The notes beneath the pieces are model-generated. The model did no database searches, was not told the DNA's origin, and saw only the letters and a list, made by a program, of their open reading frames with translations. A stretch of 64,000 nucleotides of DNA from Armatimonadota bacterium (GTDB lineage: Bacteria > Vulcanimicrobiota > JACPDS01 > JBDRKI01). The stretch is taken from assembly GCA_043814095.1 (NCBI GenBank), contig JBDRKI010000048.1, positions 1 through 64,000 on the forward strand, given 5' to 3'. The position numbers were made by a program, and so were the translations under genes. This document shows positions 31,469-42,026 of this stretch, piece by piece. The stretch's first letter is position 1. The number at the start of each line of letters is the position of its first letter.

Positions 31469-32164
31469 CTAATATAAGGGGGTATATATACCCTTATTCC
31501 TTTCAAGCCACACTTTCGTATCCATCGGATAATAACCGGCCAGATTCAATCCTTCTTTTCTGTTAATTACTATCCCTATATCCATTATCTGTGTGTAATG
31601 ATTATCCGGATCATCCGGATAATTACCGAGAGTCGTTCTGTAGTCTTTGTCAAACTTAAAATTAAACGCGCCGTACTGGAAATTTCTTACATCCTGCAGG
31701 AAACCCAGCACCGTTATCTGCGTGGAAGGATCTGTCACTTTCCATGTTGCCGGATCCTCATTAGCTCCCTCGTCAAAAAGCACCCTTTTTATAGATCCTT
31801 CTATATTATCAACATAATAACCCACAACCCTGTTTTCGTCCGCGGATACTTTGACATTAAAACATAAGCTTTTGTCAGGGGATGCCGGCATATAACCGTA
31901 TTCTATCTTATCGCTGTTTGATTTTAATTTTGCATAAGCGGCTTTATCGGGACAGTATATGCACTCGGCAATTTTCAGCTCGTTTGCTATCTTATTCAAA
32001 GCCGTAAAGTTGCTCTTAATTGTTTCCGATACCGAAGACCTGAACCTGTATTCCTGCATGGAAGATTGAAAAAGGATCAGTACGGCCGCGCTGACCATTA
32101 AAAGTATTGCCGCCGATATAAGGGTTTCCAGTAAACTTATGCCTTTTTGTTTTTCATCCGTCAA
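31469..32164 (-). CDS. Type IV minor pilin (PilW/GspJ-like)
   Basis: QKG|ISLLE prepilin motif; TTG start. Confidence 0.75.
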   Translation of the reverse strand: MTDEKQKGISLLETLISAAILLMVSAAVLILFQSSMQEYRFRSSVSETIKSNFTALNKIANELKIAECIYCPDKAAYAKLKSNSDKIEYGYMPASPDKSLCFNVKVSADENRVVGYYVDNIEGSIKRVLFDEGANEDPATWKVTDPSTQITVLGFLQDVRNFQYGAFNFKFDKDYRTTLGNYPDDPDNHYTQIMDIGIVINRKEGLNLAGYYPMDTKVWLERNKGIYTPLY

Positions 32165-32191
32165 AACAGTTTTTCCCTTTTCTTTTTTTAA

Positions 32192-32620
32192 TTATTCAAT
32201 CCAGCTGCTTTTAATCTCCGAAGCTGAAACCGGTTTTTTTACTTTTAGAACAGCCCTTGCTACTTCTTTGCCTTTACTGTCCGTACTGCTTTTTACTATA
32301 CCTATAAAATAATACTCGCCTTTATCTTCATTGGGCTTGTCTGTATCCTGAATCTCAAAATAATAGGGTTTATCGGAAGAAATCTGTATCTCTTTTGTTG
32401 TATAAGTATTGCCGGCAACTTTGTAATCCGTACCGCACCCGTTTACCGCCGCGTATTCTATGGCACCCCGAGCCAGAGAGCGGGCAGTTTCTTTCCGAGA
32501 CATAAAACTGAAGTATTTAAGGTTTTTATCAATCACCACAGACAATGCTACCGCGAAGCTGAACATGACCATTAGCAGAACAAATACAGTTATTAAAGCG
32601 GCCCCTTTTTCAGATTTCAT
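32192..32620 (-). CDS. Type IV minor pilin (PilX/GspK-like)
   Basis: EKG|AALITV (no Glu5) and A…A..A helix pattern; start may be 32638. Confidence 0.7.
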   Translation of the reverse strand: MKSEKGAALITVFVLLMVMFSFAVALSVVIDKNLKYFSFMSRKETARSLARGAIEYAAVNGCGTDYKVAGNTYTTKEIQISSDKPYYFEIQDTDKPNEDKGEYYFIGIVKSSTDSKGKEVARAVLKVKKPVSASEIKSSWIE

Positions 32621-32784
32621 CTTATTCCTGCCATACAAATTATATCTTTATTTTATATAAGCTTAATTCTTCTTTTAGAATAAAAAACCTTTTAGAAATC
32701 TTTAAAAAAGAAAGGAAGTAAAAGAGAATAAAAGGAAAAACGGCAATTTTGTATAAACATAGAAAAAACCGGAGAGTACCATAA

Positions 32785-33939
32785 ATGAATATAGGGATGT
32801 TCGCAGACTGCTATATCCCCGCGGTAAACGGGGTTACATCCTCTATCAGGTCATTGAAAAATGAACTTGAGAACCAGGGACATAATGTTTATCTTTTTGT
32901 TCCTTCTTATTCCGGCTATACAATTGATACAGAGAAAAATACCTTCCGGTTTAAATCCATTCCCTACCCTTTCCAGAAAGAACACAGGATAAGCTTCCCG
33001 TTCCCGCGCAAATACATAAACATGATACCTTCACTTAATCTTGATGTGGTGCACCTGCATACGCCTTTCCCCGTGGGAATTATGGGAATGAAAAATGCAA
33101 AAAAATATAACCTGCCGTGCGTATTTACCCATCACACATTATGGGAAAAATATACCCATTACCTGCCCCTACTGCCTGAAAAAATGCGGGTAAAATTAGC
33201 AGTATCTTTATGCGTAAACTTTGCCAACAAATGCAGGATGGTAATAGCCCCCTCAACAGGCGTAAAGAAACTATTCGCCTGCCAGGGGGTAAAGACAAAG
33301 ATAGAGGTTGTGCCCTCGGGTATAAATTTTGACAAATTTTCCAAAGGCAGCGCCGGTTCTTTTTTAAATCTTTATCCCCAACTTAAAAATAAAAAAATAC
33401 TTTCTTACTGCGGGAGGCTCGGCAGGGAGAAAAATTTATATTTTCTCCTGCGCGTTTTTAAGGCTGTTTCCGCCGGATATAGCGACGCGCATCTTCTTTT
33501 CATAGGCGACGGTCCGCAGAGAAATAACCTCATGGATTACGTTAAAGAGCTGGGATTGATAAATAAAGTTACATTCAGCGGGTATTTAGCGCCCGAAAAA
33601 GTCGCAGACGCGCTTTCGGCTTCTTATCTTTTTGTATTCGCTTCCACAACAGAGACACAGGGGCTTGTAATCCAGGAAGCGCAGGCAGCGGGATGCCCCG
33701 CCGTCGCGGTAAAAGCAACAGGCGTGGAAGACGCAGTAACAGACGCAGAAGACGGGTATCTTACCTGCCTTGATGAAGAAGAGATGGCTTTAAGGTGTCT
33801 TAGGGTGCTGGAGATGCCGAAACTAAGAGATGCTTTGAGCATAAACGGAAAAATCAAAGCGGAAAAGTATTCTATAGAAAACACGACAAAAAAAGTTCTC
33901 GGGGTATACAATCAGGCTATTGCCTTGTCAAATTCTTGA
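32785..33939 (+). CDS. Glycosyltransferase family 4 (1,2-diacylglycerol glucosyltransferase-like)
   Basis: Y.P.VNGV, HTPF, GRL..EKN and ETQGLV..EA motifs. Confidence 0.88.
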   Translation: MNIGMFADCYIPAVNGVTSSIRSLKNELENQGHNVYLFVPSYSGYTIDTEKNTFRFKSIPYPFQKEHRISFPFPRKYINMIPSLNLDVVHLHTPFPVGIMGMKNAKKYNLPCVFTHHTLWEKYTHYLPLLPEKMRVKLAVSLCVNFANKCRMVIAPSTGVKKLFACQGVKTKIEVVPSGINFDKFSKGSAGSFLNLYPQLKNKKILSYCGRLGREKNLYFLLRVFKAVSAGYSDAHLLFIGDGPQRNNLMDYVKELGLINKVTFSGYLAPEKVADALSASYLFVFASTTETQGLVIQEAQAAGCPAVAVKATGVEDAVTDAEDGYLTCLDEEEMALRCLRVLEMPKLRDALSINGKIKAEKYSIENTTKKVLGVYNQAIALSNS

Positions 33940-34046
33940 AGATTTATTAGAAGATTTATTAATATAGACATCTTAAAATAAATAAAGGATTTTATAGAAA
34001 AAAGAATAAATATAGCTACTTAAATTAAATCATAATTAATGAGGTA

Positions 34047-35753
34047 ATGTTTATGAATAAGGAAAGAAAAGACTTGATTTCATATTTTTCAATGGAAATA
34101 GGGTTTGATTCTACGATACCTACTTATTCGGGAGGTCTGGGAGTCCTGGCGGGTGATACCTTAAAATCCTGCGCGGATCTCTGCATACCCACGGTAGCGA
34201 TAACATTACTTCACAGGCAGGGCTATTTTGACCAGAAAATGGACAGCGCGAACTATCAGGTGGAACTCCCCGTTGCTTGGGATCCTTTAAGCAAGCTTGA
34301 GCCGCTTGATATAGAAGTTGAGCTTATTATAGATTCAAAACCCGTTAAAATAAGGGCGTGGAAGTATGATCTTAAGGGCCAGACAGGATTTTCAGTTCCC
34401 ATTTATTTCCTTGATACATGGGTTGAAGGAAACTCCCACTTTAACAAAATGATAAATAAAAAATTATACGATTCCAATCCCCAGTTCAGGATATCACAGG
34501 AGATGATACTGGGCATAGGCGGGGTTAAAATGTTAAGAGCCCTCGGATACAGTAAAGAAGAAATAAAGATATACCATATGAATGAAGGACACGCGAGCTT
34601 TTTAACCCTTGAGCTTTTAAAAGAGTTTAATTACAACAAAGAGGAAGTAAAGAAAAGATGCGTCTTAACGACCCATACCCCCGTACCGGCAGGCCATGAC
34701 GTATTTGATTACGGGATAGCGAAAAAAATAATGGGAGATTCTCTCCCCGATAATATAGGCGAATTATCAACAAGGGAAAACCTGCATACCACAATACTTG
34801 CTTTAAATTTAAGCAGTTACGCGAATGCGGTATCAAAGAAACACCAGCAGGTCACACAAAGAATGTTCCCTTTCCATAAAATAGAGAATGTGACAAACGG
34901 GGTCCATTCATTAACATGGACATCGGAAAGCTTCAGAAATTTATTTGACGAATACCTCCCGGGATGGTCTTTAAATCCCGTGCTTCTTAAAAAATCGGGA
35001 AACATACCAAAAGAAAAGGTATGGGAAGCCCATATGGAAGCAAAGAGCTACCTCCTGGAACTTGTTAACGGCTACCACGGAGTTAACATGCAGGAAGACA
35101 TATTAACCATAGGCTACGCGAGAAGGATAACAAGCTATAAACGCGCCACTTTAATATTTAACGATCTTGTAAGGCTTGCCCAGATAGCTAAAGGAAAAAT
35201 TCAACTCGTATTTGCCGGAAAAGCTCACCCTGATGACCAGCCTGGCAAAATGATTATAAGGGAGCTTATGAGAAACCAGGAAATATTTAGAGACAGGATC
35301 CAGATCGCATATCTGCAGAACTACAACATGGATCTTGCCCGCCTCATAATCTCCGGAGTAGACGTATGGCTGAATACCCCCGTAAGGCCGCGCGAAGCAT
35401 CCGGCACAAGCGGGATGAAAGCCCTCCTGAACGGCGGACTTAATTTCAGCACCCTTGACGGCTGGTGGATAGAAGGATACCAGATGGATGACCTGGCCGG
35501 CTGGGAAATAGGGCCCGAGCCAACCGAAGATTATATGGTGGAAATCGATCCGGCAATTGACGCGGACAGCTTATACGACAGGCTGGGTACGGAAATCATA
35601 CCCCTTTACTACAACAGCAGGGAAAACTGGATAGAAAGAATGCAGCACGCCATATCATTAGGTTCATATTTCAATACCCACAGAATGGTTGAAGAATACG
35701 CTAAAAACGCATGGCATATTGATATACCCAATTTAAAAAGCACAATGGCCTAG
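34047..35753 (+). CDS. glgP: Alpha-glucan phosphorylase (short form)
   Basis: YFSME, YSGGLG.LAGD, HMNEGH, GKAHP and EASGTSGMK (PLP Lys) motifs. Confidence 0.92.
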   Translation: MFMNKERKDLISYFSMEIGFDSTIPTYSGGLGVLAGDTLKSCADLCIPTVAITLLHRQGYFDQKMDSANYQVELPVAWDPLSKLEPLDIEVELIIDSKPVKIRAWKYDLKGQTGFSVPIYFLDTWVEGNSHFNKMINKKLYDSNPQFRISQEMILGIGGVKMLRALGYSKEEIKIYHMNEGHASFLTLELLKEFNYNKEEVKKRCVLTTHTPVPAGHDVFDYGIAKKIMGDSLPDNIGELSTRENLHTTILALNLSSYANAVSKKHQQVTQRMFPFHKIENVTNGVHSLTWTSESFRNLFDEYLPGWSLNPVLLKKSGNIPKEKVWEAHMEAKSYLLELVNGYHGVNMQEDILTIGYARRITSYKRATLIFNDLVRLAQIAKGKIQLVFAGKAHPDDQPGKMIIRELMRNQEIFRDRIQIAYLQNYNMDLARLIISGVDVWLNTPVRPREASGTSGMKALLNGGLNFSTLDGWWIEGYQMDDLAGWEIGPEPTEDYMVEIDPAIDADSLYDRLGTEIIPLYYNSRENWIERMQHAISLGSYFNTHRMVEEYAKNAWHIDIPNLKSTMA

Positions 35754-35757
35754 CATT

Positions 35758-37149
35758 ATGCTTAGAAATATCATTCAGGCGGCAGAAAAATATAATTTAA
35801 TAAACCCCGGAGAAAAAACAATTCTTGCCATATCCGGCGGTCCGGATTCTGTCTTTCTTCTTGACTTTTTTTCAAAAATACGGAAAAAATACAACCTTCA
35901 ATTATATGTACTTCATATTAACCATTCAATAAGGAAAAAAGAGTCCGGAGAAGAAGCGGTATTTGTAAAAAACATGGCAAAAAAACTTAATCTCCCCTTC
36001 TATTATTATAAAGAAGACGTCCCTGAATATGCTAAAGCGGAAAAACTTTCCCTTGAAGAAGCCGCAAGAAATACAAGATTAAGAATATACAATGAACTTC
36101 TTAAGAAATTAAAGGCGGACAAGGTCGCAACGGGCCATAATTCAGATGACAGGGCCGAAACAGTGCTTATGAGAATAATAAAAGGCACATCACCCTCCGG
36201 GCTTGCGGCAATGGAGCCGTGCTCGGGGAAGATTATAAGGCCTTTGATTGAAGTAAAAAGAAAAGATATTATAACTTATTTGAAAAAGAATAAAATTAAA
36301 TATGTAATTGATAAATCCAATAAAGATACAAAGTTTTTCAGAAATAAGATAAGGCATAAATTAATACCTCTTCTTGAGGAAGAATACAATCCCAATATTA
36401 AAGAATCCCTTATAAAATTATCATCTCTTGCCGGAGAAGACGAAGAAGCCCTTCAGTCTGCCGTACTGAAAAAATTAAACAAACTATCGTCGGTATATAA
36501 AGACAAAATAGAGATTGATATAACCGATATAAATAATGAACATCCTTCTATAATTAAAAGGATAATAAAATCAGCCATTAAAACATATCTAGGCCATGCT
36601 AAAGATATAACCAACTACCATTATGAGAAAATATATAATTTTTTAAAGGACCAAAAAGGAGAGAAGAAATTAAACCTGCCCGACGGCCTAACTGCCGTAA
36701 AAAGCTACAATAAATTAACTTTTCATAAGAAAACGGAAAAGAAACATAATATATTAAAGCAGTTCAGGTTTACCGTACCCGGCAGATATAACATAAAAGG
36801 ATGGGATATAACCGTTTCAACTTCCTTAGTTGAAAAAATAAAAGCGAAACCGGACAGCAATACCGCCTATTTTGATTTTGATAAATTAAATACGGATACC
36901 CTGATATTAAGACAGAGAAAAGACGGCGATATATTTATTCCTTTCGGCATGAAAGGCAGAAAAAAGATAAAAGATTTATTTATAGACCTTAAAATACCCC
37001 TTGAAAAAAGAAATAATATACCCATTATAACGGCAGAAAACAATATAATATGGGTAACAGGATACAGGATAAGTGAAAAGTATAGAGTAGATAAAAACAC
37101 AAAGAGGATTTTAAAGATAGAAGTAAAAGGAGAAACTTATGCATCCTGA
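35758..37149 (+). CDS. tilS: tRNA(Ile)-lysidine synthetase
   Basis: SGGPDS, EEAAR, TGHNSDD.AET and RN.IRH motifs plus C-terminal domain. Confidence 0.95.
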   Translation: MLRNIIQAAEKYNLINPGEKTILAISGGPDSVFLLDFFSKIRKKYNLQLYVLHINHSIRKKESGEEAVFVKNMAKKLNLPFYYYKEDVPEYAKAEKLSLEEAARNTRLRIYNELLKKLKADKVATGHNSDDRAETVLMRIIKGTSPSGLAAMEPCSGKIIRPLIEVKRKDIITYLKKNKIKYVIDKSNKDTKFFRNKIRHKLIPLLEEEYNPNIKESLIKLSSLAGEDEEALQSAVLKKLNKLSSVYKDKIEIDITDINNEHPSIIKRIIKSAIKTYLGHAKDITNYHYEKIYNFLKDQKGEKKLNLPDGLTAVKSYNKLTFHKKTEKKHNILKQFRFTVPGRYNIKGWDITVSTSLVEKIKAKPDSNTAYFDFDKLNTDTLILRQRKDGDIFIPFGMKGRKKIKDLFIDLKIPLEKRNNIPIITAENNIIWVTGYRISEKYRVDKNTKRILKIEVKGETYAS

Positions 37150-37678
37150 TTTAAAAGAAATAATAATAACAGAAGAAAAAATTCAATCTAAAATCAAAGA
37201 ACTCGCAGGACAGATATCAGAAGATTATAAGGATAAAGACCTTCTTATGCTTGTGATACTGCGCGGCGGAGTTATGTTCCTTGCTGACTTAAGCAGAAAC
37301 CTTACGATAAACACTTCTATTGATTTTATGGCTGTAACAAGATATTCCGGGAGCATGACGCCTTCAAATGAAGTAAAAATCATAAAAGACCTGGACAAGC
37401 CCATAGAAGATAAAGATGTATTAATAATTGAAGACATTATAGACAACGGCAAGACCTTAAGTTTTCTTACGGAGCACTTAAAGCACAGAAAACCCAGATC
37501 AATAAAAATATGCACTTTGCTTGATAAGCCGGAAAGAAGAAAAACTTCTATCCAGCCCGATTACAACGGGTTTGTCATACCGGATAAATTCGTCGTGGGA
37601 TACGGCCTTGATTACAAGCAGAGATACAGGAACCTCCCCTATATAGGGGTAATGAAGCAAGAAATCTATTCCTCTTGA
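37139..37678 (+). CDS. hpt: Hypoxanthine phosphoribosyltransferase
   Basis: IIEDIIDNGKTL, LLDKP and FVVGYGLD motifs; tilS-hpt synteny. Confidence 0.95.
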   Translation: MHPDLKEIIITEEKIQSKIKELAGQISEDYKDKDLLMLVILRGGVMFLADLSRNLTINTSIDFMAVTRYSGSMTPSNEVKIIKDLDKPIEDKDVLIIEDIIDNGKTLSFLTEHLKHRKPRSIKICTLLDKPERRKTSIQPDYNGFVIPDKFVVGYGLDYKQRYRNLPYIGVMKQEIYSS

Positions 37679-37722
37679 AAAATTATTCAAATAGTGGTAA
37701 ATTAATTATCATTATCTTAACT

Positions 37723-37808
37723 GCGGAAGTGGCGGAATGGCAGACGCGCTAGGTTCAGGACCTAGTATCCGCAAGGATGTGGGGGTTCAACTCCCCCCTT
37801 CCGCACCA
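37723..37808 (+). tRNA. tRNA-Leu (CAG)
   Basis: GCGGAAG…CTAGG-TTCAGGA-CCTAG, long variable arm, GGTTCAACTCC, CCA end. Confidence 0.95.
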
Positions 37809-37813
37809 AGAAT

Positions 37814-38803
37814 TCACAATGTTCTGTCAAACCATTCCTTTATCTCTTTATAACACTCGTGTCTGTTTTCAGTAAGCAGTTTTTCAAGATGGCCGTTGGG
37901 AATAATAATAAGCTTCTTATCAGCTTTTAAATTTTTATATAAATTCTCCGCTTCTTCAACGGGAAAAACCCAGTCGGTTTTACCCCCTATAACAAGGACT
38001 TCAACAGGCGGAACTTCTTCTATATATTCCTCAGGGGCAATCCATGCAACATTATTCCCTACCTCTACCTCTGCAAACCTCTCACCGGTTCTCCCGAACC
38101 ATGTATTTAAAAGTTTTAACTTTGAATTCATTATCTTTTTACTGTAGCAGGGTGTTATTAATACTAAGCTGTCAAAATTATTATAATGCCTGAAAGAGTT
38201 TAAAGATGAAAAAGAACCCAGGCTCATGCCTATTACCCCGACTCTAACATTGCCTTTACTCTTTGCAAAATCCACCCCTGCCAGAACATCCATGTACTCG
38301 TTCCCGTCTAAGGCTCCCCCGCTTTTCCCGTGACCTCTTAGATCAACATTTAATACGTTAAAGTCTTTTACGAGGAATTCTGCCAGGTTCGCGGTACAGT
38401 CGCTGCGGGTATTCATTGTTATACCGTGAAAAAGAACGGCTGTTCTGTCTTTGCCGCTGTCTGTATATTCGGCGTGAATCTTAACCCCGTCTTCCGTTAA
38501 GAGCTCCACATCTTCAAAATTATACACAGGTTCCATATTAGGCCTTAAGTAAAAAAACTTTGTCCATACTATCAACCCCAGAATAATAATAATGATTATA
38601 CAGAAAATCATTTTTGTATAATATTTCAGGTTTTTAATTTTTTCCGAGAAAAGATTTACAATAAACCAGATCCCCAGAAGTAAAAAAAATACGCTTAATA
38701 CGGCTATTAAAATTCTTTTATCATTAAAAAAATCCGTAAAGACCTGGGTTAAGATTACAGTTAAACTGCCTATGAAGAATAGAAATTTCAGGAATGTTTT
38801 CAT
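37814..38803 (-). CDS. Membrane-anchored alpha/beta hydrolase
   Basis: Three N-terminal TM helices; HG, D.RGHG.S and GMSLG nucleophile elbow; start could be 38833. Confidence 0.85.
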   Translation of the reverse strand: MKTFLKFLFFIGSLTVILTQVFTDFFNDKRILIAVLSVFFLLLGIWFIVNLFSEKIKNLKYYTKMIFCIIIIIILGLIVWTKFFYLRPNMEPVYNFEDVELLTEDGVKIHAEYTDSGKDRTAVLFHGITMNTRSDCTANLAEFLVKDFNVLNVDLRGHGKSGGALDGNEYMDVLAGVDFAKSKGNVRVGVIGMSLGSFSSLNSFRHYNNFDSLVLITPCYSKKIMNSKLKLLNTWFGRTGERFAEVEVGNNVAWIAPEEYIEEVPPVEVLVIGGKTDWVFPVEEAENLYKNLKADKKLIIIPNGHLEKLLTENRHECYKEIKEWFDRTL

Positions 38804-38993
38804 AGATACAACACCTTTTAAAGTCTTATTCATTTCTCAGATAACTTTCAATATTCTTAGCAAATTTTTCAAAAACAATTACTTTGTTTTTCAGAATATT
38901 TATTACTATCTTAAGTTTTGAAATAATTATTTCACTACTATTCATCTGTTTTTTCTCTTTTAATTAATTTAAAAAATAATATGAAAGCAATTT

Positions 38994-39908
38994 TTACTTC
39001 AGCACAAATATCGCAACTTCAGGTGCGGATAAAAATCTTATCGGCAGTGTTACCCTTCCCAGCCCTTTAGTTACGTAAAACTGGGTCTTGTTTTCCCTGA
39101 AAAGCCCGTACATGTATTTTTTTAGCCCTGATGAAAGGGTAAGAACAAGCTTATACCCCGGGAACTTCGCCTGGCCGCCGTGAGTATGTCCCATAAATAC
39201 CATATCTATCTCTTTATCAACCGCTTCGGGTATTATCTCGGGCGAATGGGCAAGGAGAAGCTTTATATCTTCTTCGGGTATATCTTTTAACGCCTGGTCT
39301 AAATTATCAAAATCATGGTATGGGTCATCCACCCCCAGAATCCATATTTTATCGCTGCCGTTTTCAACAGCCACGGCGGTATTAAAAAGAAGATTTATGC
39401 CTCCCTTTACAAGGCCTTTTTTCAAATACTCGGAATCACCGTAATAATCATGGTTTCCCATAACCGCAAAAATACCGTTTTTTGCTTTTAATAACTTTAT
39501 CTCTTCAATAAGGTCTTTAATCTCCGCGTCCGTATCAACGGAAAGAAAATCCCCCGTAATAAAAACAAAATCGGGGGAAAGATTATTTATGCTGTTTACC
39601 AGCTTTTTTACGGCTTTTCTGCCGAAAAGAGGCCCGAAATGGATATCGGATATGTGGATAATTTTTTTGCCTTTAAAATGATGCGGCATATTATCTATAA
39701 CAAGGTTTCTTTCCGGAAAAGTGATATTGCCGGGTTCTATGAAAATAATATAAGTGAAAAATCCCAGTACAACTGCCAGGTAAACATAAAGATAAAATAT
39801 GTTGTACTTGTACAGCAAATAACCTATATAACCTAAAAGCCCCAATATAATAACAGTTAAGCTCTGCACGGCAAACTGCTTTACTTTAGAATATTCTCTG
39901 GGTTTCAT
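38994..39908 (-). CDS. Membrane-anchored metallophosphoesterase (YkuE-like)
   Basis: SDIH, TGD, GNHD, H.P and GHTHGGQ motifs. Confidence 0.9.
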   Translation of the reverse strand: MKPREYSKVKQFAVQSLTVIILGLLGYIGYLLYKYNIFYLYVYLAVVLGFFTYIIFIEPGNITFPERNLVIDNMPHHFKGKKIIHISDIHFGPLFGRKAVKKLVNSINNLSPDFVFITGDFLSVDTDAEIKDLIEEIKLLKAKNGIFAVMGNHDYYGDSEYLKKGLVKGGINLLFNTAVAVENGSDKIWILGVDDPYHDFDNLDQALKDIPEEDIKLLLAHSPEIIPEAVDKEIDMVFMGHTHGGQAKFPGYKLVLTLSSGLKKYMYGLFRENKTQFYVTKGLGRVTLPIRFLSAPEVAIFVLK

Positions 39909-39914
39909 TTTATA

Positions 39915-42026
39915 TCACCTTAGGGCGTTTTTTATCTTAACGCCTTTATAATAATGCTTTATTATATCAATATAATTATATCCGGCTTTTGCCATGCCTG
40001 AGGCTCCACTCTGGCATAAACCCACACCGTGCCCCCATCCCCCGCCTTTAAATATATAATCATCACCGCTTTTAATTATATAGAAAAGAGTGCTCTGAAG
40101 CCCTCCGGTTCCTATCCTGCCGCCTGATGTCATCCAGCGCAGCTCATCTTTATAAAGATGGTAAACCCCGCCTGTCGCAATTATTTTTAAATCCTGGATC
40201 CTGCCGTGTTTTGATCTTTTAACAACCTGAATATCAAGAAGGTCCCCGAGATAAATATAACTTCTGTTTAAAATAACAGGGAGACTTTCTGATAAGAGTT
40301 TCTCAAGATCCTGTTTGGAATATTTTTCCTCCCACCTGTATCTGGGGTAATCCCTGCAGAAGCTGTCAGGCGGATTATCTATAAATTCTTTAAAGTTTTC
40401 ATGTATGCTTAAATCAATATTCTGTTTGGAATCCGGCTGATCATATGACGCGATAAGATATCCAACCGGCCTGTGCCCCGGCCATACGTTTATAACATTC
40501 TCAAGAGCGCCCCCGCAGGTTGAATGAAAAGTCGTATAGGCATAATTCCCGCTATAGGTTATGTATTCCCCGGCGGTCTCGCTTACGGCTTCATTTGTCG
40601 CGTCCGTCTCGCTTATAACGCCCTCATAAACCTGACAGTGCACAGTAGGGCAAACATCATACCCCTCCCTTGAATGCCTGTTTTTATTTGAAAGAGCGAA
40701 TGTCCTCGCGACAACGGTCATGGCTTTAAGGGCTTCCTCGGGATAAGTAAAAGGCATCTCATTAGGCACAACCCCTGCCACATATTCTTCAAGCGTCAGG
40801 TAATTATAACAATCAAGAATATTTTCGTCCTGTACTATTTTCAGGTCTCCCCTGTATGCTTTTAAAGAATACGTATCGTTTTCATTAAGTTTAACAAGAT
40901 TGAGTATTTTTTCCGCGCCCTGAGACTGAATATATATATTCTCATTTGTGCGCATGATAAGTTTTTTATCTTTATCGTATAAGGCTATATACGGCATCTT
41001 TTTAAAAATATAAACGGGTTCTATATAAAAAAGTTCTCCTTTATCGGCGCTAATCAGAATATTGCCGTTTTTATCTTTTTCCCTCATCACCATCTTGTCT
41101 TCCGCACAAATACATACCCTGTAATAATTCTCCCCTACCAGGATTTTAATAATACCGCCCTGCGGGGCAATAGGAACACTCGTCTTATACGGCAGATGAT
41201 AACTTACCCTTGATTCAACTATGCCCGGATAATTAATATCCACAAGACCGGGGACCAGCATATTAAACAAAGACGCAAGCATTTTTTTTACCTGAAAAGA
41301 TGAACTGTTCTCCGGAGCGAACAGATTCTCGGATGCGTAAATAACATTGCCGTCTTTATTTATTATTATTGCCGCTGAGTATTTCTTAATATCCGAATAA
41401 TCTTTCTTATCGGCATCTAAAAAATACGCAAGCACCCGGGTATCCTCACCCGGCTTTACAAGCATAGCGGTATTTCTGGCAAGTTGGACATACCTGTCCT
41501 TAAATCCGGGAATATCATCTTCCATAAAAAGATACTCGCACTTAGGAGGCTTATTTGTCCACCTGTAAAAATCAGCCCCTGTCATATCACTTATATGAAA
41601 ATTATTTGTAATGCCTGTAAGCTTGTTCCTGTCATCACGGTAGCCTGTCTGGTAGCACAGGAAAAGCTTCCCCCCGTTTGATACATAATCCCTCAGCCTG
41701 TCAGCCGCTTTTAAAGATAAACATCTTGCATTGGGTATGACAATAACCTTATAAGGGAGGGGAGAATATTCCAGATCCCACTCCGATATAATTTTAGACT
41801 TTAATCCTAAATCTTTAAGGGCATTCTCCGCGCCTTCGTGCTCAAGGTCCCCGTATTTACCGAAAAACCCGAGAGAATTATCGCTTTTTAAAAGAGCAAC
41901 ATCGTAAACCTCATCTTTAAAGTCGGGATTTACCAGGGGAGAAGCATTCATAAAGCCCGTTAAAAAAATAAGAGTTACAAAAATTGAAAGTAAAATTATA
42001 TTAATTCTATATTTTTCCATATTCAT
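39915..42026 (-). CDS. SpoIID/LytB-domain protein with an extra N-terminal domain
   Basis: LEEYVAGVVPNEM, EALKA..V.ARTF, CQVY.G, FHSTCGG and GWGHGVGLCQ.GA motifs; signal peptide. Confidence 0.88.
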   Translation of the reverse strand: MNMEKYRINIILLSIFVTLIFLTGFMNASPLVNPDFKDEVYDVALLKSDNSLGFFGKYGDLEHEGAENALKDLGLKSKIISEWDLEYSPLPYKVIVIPNARCLSLKAADRLRDYVSNGGKLFLCYQTGYRDDRNKLTGITNNFHISDMTGADFYRWTNKPPKCEYLFMEDDIPGFKDRYVQLARNTAMLVKPGEDTRVLAYFLDADKKDYSDIKKYSAAIIINKDGNVIYASENLFAPENSSSFQVKKMLASLFNMLVPGLVDINYPGIVESRVSYHLPYKTSVPIAPQGGIIKILVGENYYRVCICAEDKMVMREKDKNGNILISADKGELFYIEPVYIFKKMPYIALYDKDKKLIMRTNENIYIQSQGAEKILNLVKLNENDTYSLKAYRGDLKIVQDENILDCYNYLTLEEYVAGVVPNEMPFTYPEEALKAMTVVARTFALSNKNRHSREGYDVCPTVHCQVYEGVISETDATNEAVSETAGEYITYSGNYAYTTFHSTCGGALENVINVWPGHRPVGYLIASYDQPDSKQNIDLSIHENFKEFIDNPPDSFCRDYPRYRWEEKYSKQDLEKLLSESLPVILNRSYIYLGDLLDIQVVKRSKHGRIQDLKIIATGGVYHLYKDELRWMTSGGRIGTGGLQSTLFYIIKSGDDYIFKGGGWGHGVGLCQSGASGMAKAGYNYIDIIKHYYKGVKIKNALR

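Noticed and set aside
33938-33961. Perfect tandem 12-mer GAAGATTTATTA x2 before glgP
   Set aside because: Low-complexity two-copy repeat, most simply a slippage event; no other support for an operator.
28452-37808. tRNA-anchored integrative element at tRNA-Met or tRNA-Leu
   Set aside because: No integrase, and no duplicated tRNA 3' end was seen; the intervening genes include core tilS-hpt.
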